NCBI RefSeq assembly: GCF_009914755.1
Contig: NC_060946.1
DNA length: 64,000 nt
Origin: the human T2T-CHM13v2.0 reference genome, Homo sapiens
Direction: 5' to 3' (one strand)
The first letter of the stretch is position 1, and every line of letters starts with the position of its first letter. The notes under the pieces are model-generated. The model was not told where the DNA came from. It searched no databases and saw only the letters and a program-made list of their open reading frames with translations. The position numbers were made by a program, and so were the translations under genes. Below are positions 15,420 to 27,100 of the stretch, one piece after another.

Positions 15420-15870
15420 GGTGATACAGAGAGTTGATGGTGCCAGCCCAGCCTCATCTCCCACCTGGACAACCTTAGCAGCATGGTCTCTGCTCTGTGC
15501 ATCCTCGCCCCACCTGCCATGCACACCCATTCTCTACACAGAAGCCAGGATGAGCTTTTAAAGTTGCATATCTGATGTCCTTGTCCCTGGTTCTTTGATG
15601 ACTCCCTCTCCACCAGAGGCCTTGAGTCCCACATGGTCTGAGTTGGGTTCAGCCCCCTCCTGTCCCATGTGCTGTTTCTTTACACCTCATTCTCTTTGTT
15701 CTAACCACCTGGGCCCTGTCAGTCCTCAAAAGCACCACACTCCTTCTGCCTCTGAACCTTATTTGCATACACTATTCCCCCTTCCTAGAATGCTCTTTCC
15801 TCCACATCCCACCCCATTTAACTCCTTCTCAGTTTCAACTTCCTCCAGGAAGGCCACCTTGATCACCCAG
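15420..15870 (+). mobile_element. L2 fragment
   Basis: cccattctctacacagaagccaggatgagcttttaaag...cttcctagaatgctctt...ttcctccaggaaggc. Confidence 0.7.
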
Positions 15871-16059
15871 CTGACCCCGGCTCCCCACTGTACCAATGTG
15901 GGAGCTGTCCATGGTGCCACCAGCCACACCCTCTTGACCCACTGATTCCAGCCCATCAGTGGTGGACATGACCTTGCATGTGGCCAGCGTCCCGTAAGTG
16001 GGTGTCTCCCTGCTTTCCTGCCTCAGGGTTTTCAAAGCTGTGGCCCATTCTACACTGTT

Positions 16060-16283
16060 CCTCAGAAGGTCTCTAGCAGTGTTAAGCCCCAGTTACCCAC
16101 AGTGATGACCAGATCAACAGCATGCCTTTCACTGGAATTTTCTTCTCTTTCCTGTCTCTCCCCCTGCTCCCCAGTCCTGCTACCTGGGAACACTTCCAAA
16201 TACACTCCCTGCCCCCAAGTCTTTTGCATATCTGAGATCCTTGTCCCCGGTCTCCTGCTTTTGAGGAGGTGAAAACTAAGATA
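16060..16283 (+). mobile_element. LTR33-family 3' half
   Basis: aagccccagttacccacagtg...cctgggaacacttccaaatacactccctgcccccaagtc...aactaagata. Confidence 0.55.
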
Positions 16284-17271
16284 CTCTGTGAGCCAGCTGT
16301 TTCTCACTAATCATATATTCTGACTCCTGGAGGGCAGAACCTGGACACACTTGGGTTATTATAGCCTCCTGGTGCCTAGCAGTGGGCCAGAGATAAAGTT
16401 GGAAGTTAACTAATATTCATAGGAAGAAGGGAGGGAAGGAAAGAAAAGGAGAGAAGGATGCAGGTCTTGAACCCAGGTCTGTTTTTCTCCACTGCCCAGA
16501 CATGGTCACATCCTTCAAGATATAGCCTGTGTAGACAAAATAAGCCCCTTTGTGGACATCTTCCCTCATTCTTCTCTAGTCACCACTCAGTGTAATTCTA
16601 CTTCCCACATCCCCCGCTGCCTACCCTCCCCCACACACATGCAATGAATTATGTACTCTGAAAGTCCTACTTGGGTATTAAAAAAGGAAAAAAAAAGAGC
16701 CCATGATAGAAAACTCTACCAGCCATTTTTTTCCCTTTTTGTCCTCATGAGCAGGTGCACGATGTAATGCCCCTGATTTTCAAGATCTGATTAAACTGTC
16801 ATAGGTGTGGCACAATTGCAATAACTCCTCCGCCTCAGTGAGGCCCAAATCATTATAGACCTGTGTACACCCAGAGATGCCGTAGATAAGGGTCTGTCAG
16901 CGTTTCCATTACTGGGCCCTGTTTGGGGGATTTGTTTATTTAAATTGGATGGATTGGGTGCACTGAGGAGCGATGGATGGGCTGGCAGCACAGGTGGTGG
17001 CTGGGTGAAGAAAATGTCACCTTCACGCTGCCATTTGTTGACATCACGCATGTCTCAGGCTCAACGGGGCATGCCCTGGTGGCTTATGGTGGATGGAGCA
17101 GGGAGTTGAAGCTGGCGATATTTGCCCCAACAGAGTGGGCAGAGCAGCTGCAGGAAGCTGGGGTAAAAGGCAGTTGAGGGAAAGATTAAGGGGGTGTACC
17201 AGATGGGGGCAAAGGTCACCAAGCTGGTAGTGATTTTGGAAGGATGAAGGACCCAAAAAAATGGGGAAAGG

Positions 17272-17581
<310 letters not shown>

Positions 17582-18314
17582 CTAACAGATTTTAAAAATG
17601 TGCACATGTAAAATAACTCCATGCCAGGCATTTGGGGTACAATACGTGTAAACTTAAATTGGGTCTTGCTTTTTGCTCACAGGCTTAAATCCCAACTCTT
17701 ATCATGGCCTTCAAGACACTGTGTGGTCAAGCCTCATCTCTGCCATGCCCCAATTTCTTCAGGCTGCTCCAGCCACGTGGCCACTTAAGTCTTTGAATAT
17801 GCCACGCTTTCACATCTCAGGGCCTCTGCGTGGGTTAAACTCTGCCTGAAGCCCAGTCTTTCCCCCGGCTGATCCCTTCTCACTCTTCAAGCCTCGGTAT
17901 AAATCACCTCCTCTGAAGATAGTCCCTGATTACTCAGTCCAAGGCTCCATCTCCACTGCCCACCCCACCTGAGTCACTCTTACAAGCATCCTGTCTTTTG
18001 CCAACAGAGCACTTTTCACCGTGGATCATTATGTACTTGTGTGTTTATTTATTTATTATTCAGAAAGGACATATGTTTTTGTCTGCCTGCCGTCCCTTGT
18101 TTGGAGAAACCTCAGTCTCTCATTGTACACAGTTCTGGTCTGGCTGTGAGTTCACAGTCTCAGCCTTCTCCCCATATATTCACACTGGCCCCAGGAAGGG
18201 AGGTTTGACTCAGGACTGAAAAATCCCAACCTCCCATCCCCCAGTAAAAAGGAGTAGCCCACAGAGTATACATGGGACCAGAACAAGGATAATCAGTGTC
18301 CACAGAGCAGGGGC

Positions 18315-18830
18315 TGTATGTTTTGAAACATGTCCGCAAATTCTTTGGCACTGCTCCCTACAAACGGTGGAATCCAGTCCCCTACCCCTTGAATATGGAC
18401 AGTCTTTGTGACTGCCTCAGTGAATAGAGGCAGGGTGGTGGAAGGGACTCTGCATGAGCTCTAAGGCTAGGTTACAAAAGGCAGTGAAGCTTTCACCGGG
18501 CTCTGCCTCAGCACGCTCACTGTTGGAACTCGTCGCCATGTTGTAAGGAAGCTCCAGCCACGTGGGAAGGCCAATGTTCAGTGTTCCAGCTGATAGCGCC
18601 CTCTGAGATTCCATCCAATAGGCAGCATGAACTGTCAGACATGTGAATAAATGAGCTTTTGGTGATTCCAACCCCCCAGCCTTTGAGTCCCTGAAGCTGA
18701 TGTCACATGGAGCTGACACAAGCTGTCCCACTGGGTTCTGCCCAATTGCAGATTTATGAACAAAATAAACGGTGTAGTTTAAGACACTCCACTTTGGGGT
18801 GGTTAGTTATACAGCCATGGAAGACTCAGA
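18315..18830 (+). mobile_element. MLT1G/H-type MaLR LTR
   Basis: caaattctttggcactgctccc...gccatgttgtaaggaagc...cccaattgcagatttatgaacaaaataaa...tttggggtggttagttatacagc. Confidence 0.75.
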
Positions 18831-19759
18831 CAGGGTGCTGAGCTGAAAGAATGTGATGTTGGAAGCCTGAGCAGCCACCATCCCACCACCTGGAGATCCC
18901 ACAACCTGGAGCTCCCACCACCTGGAGCGAGCTGGTCTGCAGAGGGATGCCAAGTGGAGATGAGCAGTGATGGGGAACAGATAAGCAGAGACTGTGGGGA
19001 GCCTGGGTCTGCAGCTTTTCCTGTAGTTCCGTGGGGCCACTCCCAGGGGTCTTTCCCAGTGACCAGCCTCAGCAAGTTCCCTGTGTGCTTCAGCAAGCTG
19101 GAGTGGACTCTGTCTCTGGTGCTCACAGCTTTCTGGACCCATTCACCATCATCCCACTGGACCTGAGCTCCATGAGGCAGTGCCCATTTCTACTCTGGTC
19201 CATGCTGTACCTATGGCATCCATGAAGTGCTGCACAGTTTGGTGTTAAAGATTGATTCTAGAAGGGAATGAGCTCGTTGGTCCTCTCACCATCCTCAGTT
19301 CTGGGTAAACAGGGAGGCTCAGAGAGGTGAGAGGCTCCTAAGGGTACTTGGATAATGTATCCTGGTGATGACAGGATATGAATCTGGATGATACTTTGAA
19401 GTTCAGGATCCTGGATCTGGTTGAAAACACTCTGGAGGGGATTTCCAGGGGTGTCATGTGGGGCCCAGTGTAAGAGGCATCAGGCAGGTAACCAAGATAA
19501 CCATCAGTGATGGGGATGGGGGGCAAAATAGGGACAAGCTCTGGTAGTAAACAAGAGTCCTGTGGTCAGACCAAGGCTCTGAGAGGATTGGAGGCCAAGG
19601 TCAGGCTGTGGGAAGGAGCTGAGGAATGACCTTTAATGCCTGTCCAAGGTGGCGTGGGGACTCTGGGAAGGGCTGAGCCTGCAGGGAGGAATCATGCTAA
19701 AGCTTATCATTGTCAGAGTAGAGGTTCTGTTCATCTCACCCTGCTGTGGATTTGCACGT

Positions 19760-20219
19760 GGTACAGATGCAAACAGTGCCTCTGTGGGCATATACCCCAA
19801 ACTTACCATCCCAGTGCATGCTGAATGCACATGACAGCAAGCACCTGCAACTCCCTACCAGCACTTTTGCTCAGATGATGTGCATGAGGGCAAGGTCAGA
19901 AGCACCAGGAGTTAATGCCCCAAAAGCACCCTTCCAGTGATGGACAGGAGTTGGAGGATAAATATCTCAGCTCCCTCGCTCCCTGGGTAGATAACTGAGG
20001 TGTGTGTTTTACACTGGTTCTCAGACTTCCCCAGTGGGATTGAGTTCCAGCTGCTCAACGTGATAACCTGCTCATTAGTGCACCCTGGATAGGCTCTTTC
20101 CCTTCTCTGTCTCACTCCCTTCCTTCCCCACCAGTGCTTCCTGGATTATCCCCCTAAAATGCCACTTGCCTTCACATCCCTGTCTTGGGGTCTGTTTTAG
20201 GGAAGCCCATATTTAGACA
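19760..20219 (+). mobile_element. LTR33 solo LTR
   Basis: caggagttaatgcccc...ggataaatatctcagctccctcgc...cccagtgggattgag...tcttggggtctgttttagggaagccc...agaca. Confidence 0.75.
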
Positions 20220-20642
20220 GCACACATCCTGGGTGCAGGACTGGCTTATGGCTGGCTCTCCAGCCATTTAAAAGAAGCTTATCGTTTTCAGTTTCCATGT
20301 AAACCATTTGTTCTGGAAGCCCTTCCTGCCTTGGCCAGGTCTCCCTGGCATTTGCTCTCAGGAACTCATGAAACTTCCTACTTAATTTTGCATGACTCCC
20401 TTGCACTGGACTTTGAGTCCATGTGGGCAGGGCTACCATTGTTGTGTCATCCCCCAAGCCCCCAGCACCTGACACAGGACCCAGGGTTGGTCTAGGAAAT
20501 ATTTGTTAACTAAGACATAAAATATTCTTGTGTTGAACTCTTCCTGGGCACCAGACCCCGCACCTATTTCCTGCTGACTTTTCAGACATCATTGCACCCA
20601 CTTTACAGATGGGGAGGTAGAACTCACTTCCCCCAAGGTCAC

Positions 20643-21197
20643 TGTATTCACTATCTATGCCAAGTAACAAATTACCTCAAAGCAGAGATGCTTGAAACAA
20701 CAGCACGGGTATCTCATGATTTCTGTAGGTCAGCCATCGAGGTTTACCTGGCTCCTCTGTTTTAGGGTCTCTCAGAGTCTACCATTAAGGTCTGGGGCTG
20801 CAGTATCATCCTAATAGGCTTGGCTGGAACAGGACATGACTTAAACTCACTCACTTGCTTGCTGGCAGAATTCGATTTCTTGCAGATTGTAGGACTGAGG
20901 GTCCTGCAGGAACTGGGACAGTTCCTGGTCACACAGGCATCTCCAATGTAGCAGCTTCCTTCTTCCAAGTGTGCAGGTGACAGAGAGAGAGAGACAGAGG
21001 CAGAGACAGAGAGAACAAGAAGGAATTCATGGTCTTTTTTAGCTTAATCTCGGAATTAACATGTCAGCACTTATGCAGTATTCTATTCTTTAGGAGGAAG
21101 TCACCAGGTCCAGCTCACAGTTAAAGGGAAGGAATACCATGATGTGAATACCAGCACGTGGGACCATTGACAGCCACATCAGAACCTGCCTGCCACA
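20643..21197 (-). mobile_element. MLT1E/F-type MaLR LTR
   Basis: gtaacaaattacctcaaa...tggcagaattcgatttcttgcagattgtaggactgagg...gtgaataccag...ctgcctgccaca. Confidence 0.8.
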
Positions 21198-22163
21198 ATC
21201 ATTACTAAGGATCTGAACCCAGGCAGTGTGGTCTTTCTCAACGCCACAGAGTCTCTCTGACATAAGGGAGTGTGGACAGACCTCAAGGGTTGAAGAGGGT
21301 ACCCTACGCTGAAAGAGAACGAAAAAGCCATTTCCTACTACCTGAGCTTTCCTCATTGCATGGAAATAATGGAAAGGAAAGAACAGAAGATTTTTTAAAA
21401 AACGTAAAAAGAATATAGGAAGCTACCAGCTTTCTCCAAGCAGCCTCAAAGTCTGAAAAAAGAAAGCAAAAAAAGAAAGAAAGAAAATAGAAAACTACCA
21501 ACTCTTCCAAGAAGCCTCAAAGACCAAGCAAACTGGCAGCATCTCGGAGTCACTTGGGCTGCCAAGAGGCTGCGACTTTTGGATCTGGAGAGATCTAAAT
21601 ACCAATCAGCTGATCCGAGGAACATTTTCCTCATTTCTTCCAGCATCTGCAAGCTGCTTTCGGGCCAAGAATGCTTCAGTTGGAGAAAGGGCTGTGTAGA
21701 TTTGCCAGTGGCTGGCTGTCCCTGCAACTCCAGGTCCATCCTTATCCCAGTCTTTGGGATGGCTGACTCTGTGCTCACAGCTTAGGGAACAGGGACACAT
21801 TGAATAGAAGCAAGAGAAGCAGAGACCATTGTGTTCCCACAAGAATGAAACAATCCATTAACCCTTTTGTTCCTGAGGTCGCAGGGCCAGGATCAGAGTG
21901 ACCATTGACATAAACCTATAGGTTTGCCACACTCTTCTTTGGGATTTGTAATTATGACTAAGGTCCACTTCCCCTCTCTGGACTTCTATTTTCTCATCTA
22001 TAAAATGACATTGACTCATGTTGTACCACCAACCTTGGAAGGAAGTTCCTCTGTAAGCTTGACAAACTCCTACTCATTCCTCAAAACCCCAACCAAAATA
22101 TCCTTTCCCCCAAACCCAGGTAGGAAGTATAATAGTAGTTCATTTGTCTTATGATTCTCATAG

Positions 22164-22390
22164 TAATAATAAAAGCTAATATTACTGGAATGCCTACTAT
22201 GTGCCAGTCATTGTTCTAAGTGCCTTACATAATTTAAATAATTTGATCCTCACATTGACCCACGAGGCAGGTGTCGCCATTACCTCTATTTGCCGATGAG
22301 GACATTGAGACTCAGAGGTTAAGTGACTTGCCCAGGGTTACCCAGTTAGTAAGTGGCACCAACAGTATTTGAACCCTGCTCTGGCTCAAG
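22164..22390 (-). mobile_element. MIR, near full length
   Basis: cctactatgtgccagtcattgttctaagtg...gactcagaggttaagtgacttgcccagggttacccagttagtaagtggc. Confidence 0.85.
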
Positions 22391-22844
22391 TCTGGCTTAA
22401 AACCGGTCTGCCCTCAGCAATCAGGGTCCTGGCCACCTTGCCTGGGTGGTTGATATTTGGGGATGTGTGTACTCTGTAGGACTGTGAGCTCCTGGAGAAT
22501 GAGGTTGGAATGCCTGCTATGCAGCAGGCATTGTTTAACTCTGAGTCTCTCCTCCCAGCCCTGGGAACCACGCTGACTCCCAGGGCTTCTGGTCTCATTT
22601 GTCACACTTGCCTCTTCCTCAAGCAGAGTCCTTGGAGGAGCTGGGGGAGGTGTGTCGTGATGTGAGCAGCTCTGAAACCTTAAGCCATTCCTCTGACCCA
22701 TCAGTGCACAAGCCAGGACCCAGAACATTGAAGAGAAAGTTCACACTGGTGTGTACAGGGCCCAGAAGCTGATGGCCAAGATGGCTTCTTCTAATTGAGT
22801 GGGGATGTTGAGGCAGAGATGCAGGGGCAGAAAGCAGGGAGAAG

Positions 22845-23155
22845 GAGACACATTGAAGGAGACACACACAGGGACCAACACAAGACAGAAATGTTGAGAA
22901 AGACAGAGACGCAGAAGGAAGAGACAAATGTCACAGGAGAGACAGGGACAGAGACAAGGAGAAAGAGGGAGAGAGAGAGAGAGATGCAGGTAGAAACCCA
23001 CAGGTGGAAGAGGGAGAGAATGAGTTGGAAAGGGGAAGGGTATAGAGGGGACAGATGGAGAGGGCCATGCACAGGGACAAAGGACAGAAACAGAAAGAGG
23101 GAGAGAGACAGACAGGGAGACAGAGGGAAAGAAACCCAGGGGGACAGAGACGACC
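22845..23155 (+). repeat. GA-rich/(GAGACA)-like low-complexity tract
   Basis: Strongly purine-skewed gagaca/gacagg/gagaga units. Confidence 0.8.
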
Positions 23156-24229
23156 CAGAAGCCAAGACTGCAAGAGAGACGAGCTGGGCTCAGAGGCAGA
23201 GAGGATCCAGAGGACAGCCTGGCCAGGAGGGCCAGGGCACAGGGGACCGGGCTTGCGGACACCCCTCGTCACTGTTCCATCTCATCACCCTCGCTATTGA
23301 TTCCTGAACAAACACTGGCTTTGTTGGCCAAACAAAACCAGGCTGAGTCTGGGCTGGGATCTCTTTTGTGTGGCAACTGTTGCCATGTGGAAAGAAAACC
23401 AGATCTAAATGATTCCACGTTTTTCCCTGTTCCTCCTGGTTCCTGGTCTTGGCAGGCAGGAGCTGGGGAGGAGGTGAGATGTGCAGCCCCTGCGCAGGAG
23501 GGGGCAGGAAGGTAAGGGTGCAGAACTCCTGCTTCTGGAAAAATAAAATGTTCCTCTAGCTCTTCTTCTTTTCTTTCTTTCTTTTCTTTTTTTTTTAATC
23601 ACAGCCAAGCCCATCACACATCCCAGAGATTTTTTTTTTTTAAGGAAAACAAATCTTTTGAGACAGAGGTGACTCCGGCAGTGATAAGTGAGGAGGTTCA
23701 CCTGCAAGAGTGTTATCAGCGCTCCATGGCTGCCCAGACCGCAGATTTCTCATTTTGATGAGGATCCGGCGGAATTGGATGCACCCCGGTGGTGCTCCTC
23801 TGATGAGCTTCCATGTGCAGGGACGGCAAGGGCGACTGCTGGGCCTCGTCGTCAGAGGTTGAGGGGTTTCCAGGGAGGCTGGGGGAGGCTGCAAGAAGCC
23901 TTAGGGGCTGTGCCAACTCCTTGGGGAACCCAGAGCCCCCAATTTCACCAGGCACATCCAGCAGAGGCTGAGGCAGGGAGGGTGAAGCAAGACCCAGGAA
24001 GGGGAGGGATTTCCAGAGTGACTTTCTCTTGCACCTTTTTATTTCTGTCACTTCTTCCCCAGCCTGTCCTCCATCTCCCGTGCTCAGTGTTAGAAAAGGG
24101 ACCTTCCTGGTTGAGGAAGACATAGATGCCTACTGAGTCAGCTCCGCGACCAGGGCTGTGAACCCAGCCCTTTTTCTGGGCCAAGTGGCCTCAAATCCGT
24201 CTTCTTGTTTCATTCTTTCAACATCGCTT

Positions 24230-24441
24230 CAGGGGTTGGCAAACTCATGCTGTAAAGGGCCAGATAGTAAATATGTTCAGCTTTACATGCCACACGGCCT
24301 CTGTCACAACTGCCCAACTCTCTCACTGTAACACGAAAAACGTCGCAGACAATATGTAAATAAGCGTGTGGCCATGTTCCAATAGAACTTGATGTACAAA
24401 AGAAGATGGCAGGCCCACGGGCTGAAGTTTGCCAACCACTG
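24230..24441 (+). mobile_element. MER58A (hAT-Charlie)
   Basis: TIRs caggggttggcaaact ... agtttgccaaccactg; internal tgtaaagggccagatagtaaatat. Confidence 0.88.
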
Positions 24442-24456
24442 ATCTAGGCTAAGCCT

Positions 24457-24615
24457 CAACTACTCAAGATGCGGTCCCCAAACTTGGAGCCTCGGTGTCC
24501 CCAGGCACTTGTTTGAAATGCAGAACCCCAGGCACTGCCCCAGACCTACTGTGTCAGAGCTAGCATTTAACAAATTCCCCAGCAATCGGCGTGTGTGCCT
24601 GTCTGAGAAGTCCTG
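24457..24615 (+). mobile_element. MER5A
   Basis: tactcaagatgcggtcccc...gaaatgcagaaccccagg...cccagacctactg...tttaacaaattcccca. Confidence 0.7.
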
Positions 24616-25344
24616 GTCTGTGTAAATGGAAAGCTTGCTGTCTTTTGCATATAAGGCACCATGTCCATCTGCCAAACGAGGAAACAAGCTCATAGAGAGG
24701 TCAGTTGCCCAAGGTCATGGGCCAGGAGCAGCAGAGCCAGGGTTTGTGCCCAAGGTCAGAGTCCACACTCTTGACCACCGTGTTGTACAGGAATTGAAGG
24801 AGCTTTGTAGAAAGGGACACCAGTCTCTTTCTGAAACCCACAGATAACCCAAGGAATACAGCAAGGCCTTGAAAGAGACAGGATTTTCAGGGGCTGAGGC
24901 TGTTCTCAGCCTCTCTCCCACAGGCCAAGTGGTGTCCCGTATAGACTGTGGTGTCTCTCTGTCTCTGTGCAGGGGGAACGCCTGCCTTCCCTGTGTCCCC
25001 ACCTCCTGCCGGGGTTGTGGCTTCTCCTGCCTGGGGGACTGTGGAGGGTGCCAGGTGCTGAGCTGGAAACAGATGTAAACAGGAGCTTCTGGTCACCCCT
25101 AATGAGTGGAGAGTCTAATAGGGGAGGCAGATAGGTGCCAAAGTTGCCAGAGTTCAGGGCTGCTGTTATTGTCCTTATTATCATGACAGTATTCTTATTG
25201 CTACTGATAGTATTTTTCTGCCAGACTAACCCCTTCAGAAAATCTAGACTTCCCCCATGTATCTGCCAACACTAAGCCAACTGAATTTCCTTCTTCTAGA
25301 AGGGAAAACCAGATAAATACCTTCTCCCTGCTTTATCCATTAGG

Positions 25345-25730
25345 ATGCAGATTAACTTAGAGAAAAGCTAAATATCAGTGGCTTCAATAAGATAGAAGGT
25401 TATTTCTCACTCCTGTCACAGAATTCCAGAGGCAGGCAGTCCACCCTCTGGATGGAGCTTCTTTCCTCATGGTACAACATGGCTGCTTCAGCATCAGCCA
25501 TTCCATTCACATCCCAGACAGGAGGAAGGAGGCAAGGAAGAAGAGGCAAAAGGGTGTCCACCAACTGTGCTTCAAAGAGGTTTCCTTGACACTGTTCTAT
25601 ATCACTCTGCCTGCACCTCATTGACCAAAATTGTAAGTCACCTGGCCACACTGAGCTACAAGGGAGGTTGAGAACTATAACACTGGGAAGAAGAAAACAG
25701 ATTTGAGGTGGAAAACTCAGTCTCTGCTGC
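25345..25730 (-). mobile_element. MLT1J-type MaLR LTR
   Basis: cagtggcttcaataagatagaaggttatttctc...acaacatggctgc...tggccacactgagctacaagggagg. Confidence 0.7.
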
Positions 25731-26924
25731 CCTTATCATTTGGAGGGTGGTCTCCCAAAGCAGTCTAGGACTCACCTACTGGAGAATTCTCTTTGAAGGG
25801 TCCCAGAGAGGACCAGTAAGGAGGAGCCACCACAGGCATTCAGGTGGCACTTCACAGCATGCCAAGCACACTCTCATCCCTTTATCTTCAGACTGTGCTG
25901 GGAACTACGAGTTGGTAATGAGGGGACCCAGGTTCCAAGAAAGAGAGAGTCTCTTCAAGATCACCCTCTGGCCAGGGACAGGGCTGGCTCCTGGGAGGCC
26001 AAGCTCAGGCCACTTTTCAACATAATGTGCCTTGAGCTGTTGAGAATATGTTCATTTCCTTTCTGTTTCTCTGTCTCTCTTGTCTCTGTTTCTCCCTGTT
26101 TCCCTGTCTCTGTCTTTCTCTTGACAGATAGATGGATGGATAGATAGACAGCCAGACATATGTGTGTATGTATATATATACTTGTGTATATCTGTATCTC
26201 TATCTTCATCTCTGTCTCTCCCTTCTTTCTGCCTTCCCCCACCAAAAAGAATTTTGAATTTCAATTTGCCAAGGCTTACCCTTTCTCAAATAGGGTGCTC
26301 CTGATAAACGCAGGCACCTCTGCTTCCTCCTTCCCTGCTAGGGCTCCCATCCATGGTGTCTCTCCCCATCCCTGCTGCTCTCATGTAAATGGGGAGATGG
26401 GCCCGGGGAGCTTGGCATCACACAGGGGCCTCTGCTAGGAGGTCCTGGGAGCCAGATGTCTCTGGGCTTTGAGGAGCGTGTCTGAAAGTGCCCTGAGCAC
26501 CTGGTGCCTTCCCTACAGCTGGGGAGTCAGGAGCTTCCTCTATCAGGGCCTGTGAAAGCAAATGTCTTTAAGACCCCAGTGTGGAGAGGGGGAGAGTGGC
26601 CCCTGTAGACAGACATCACCGCACCTTTGTAATTGCCAGGCAGGCATGTGCTGAGACAGACCCATTTCACTAGGGAGAAACTGAGGCTTAGGGGCCACCA
26701 TGATCGAGTCTCAGCCTTCCTGGCAGAAAGTGGTGAAACCAGGATTTGAACCAGGGCAACTCCGGAGGTCAGTGTCCTCACGGTCCCATTCCAGCCCCAT
26801 CCCAGGGAGCTGCTGGGTTCTTAAATCCATAGTGAGCTGAGATTCCAGCGAAAGTCCAAATAATGCAGACAAAAGTGGTAGGAGAGGGGTAATTTGCACA
26901 CAAATACAACCAGGCACCAAGGCC

Positions 26925-27100
26925 ATGCATACACACATGTACACACAGGCATGTGGATGGGCATATGACACACATATACACATGCATGGTCACAAGAAGG
27001 CAAACGTATGCGTGCACATGCACACACAGGTGTACACATGGACACAAGCATGAATGCACACACATGCATACATGGGTGCTCACACACGCACACATGTGTG
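26925..27100 (+). repeat. (CA/TG)-rich alternating purine-pyrimidine tract
   Basis: catgcatacacacatgtacacac...gcgtgcacatgcacacac...cacacacgcacacatgtgtg. Confidence 0.85.

Noticed and set aside
22619-23307. Stacked 100-170 aa ORFs on both strands
   Set aside because: GA-rich low-complexity tract lacking stop codons
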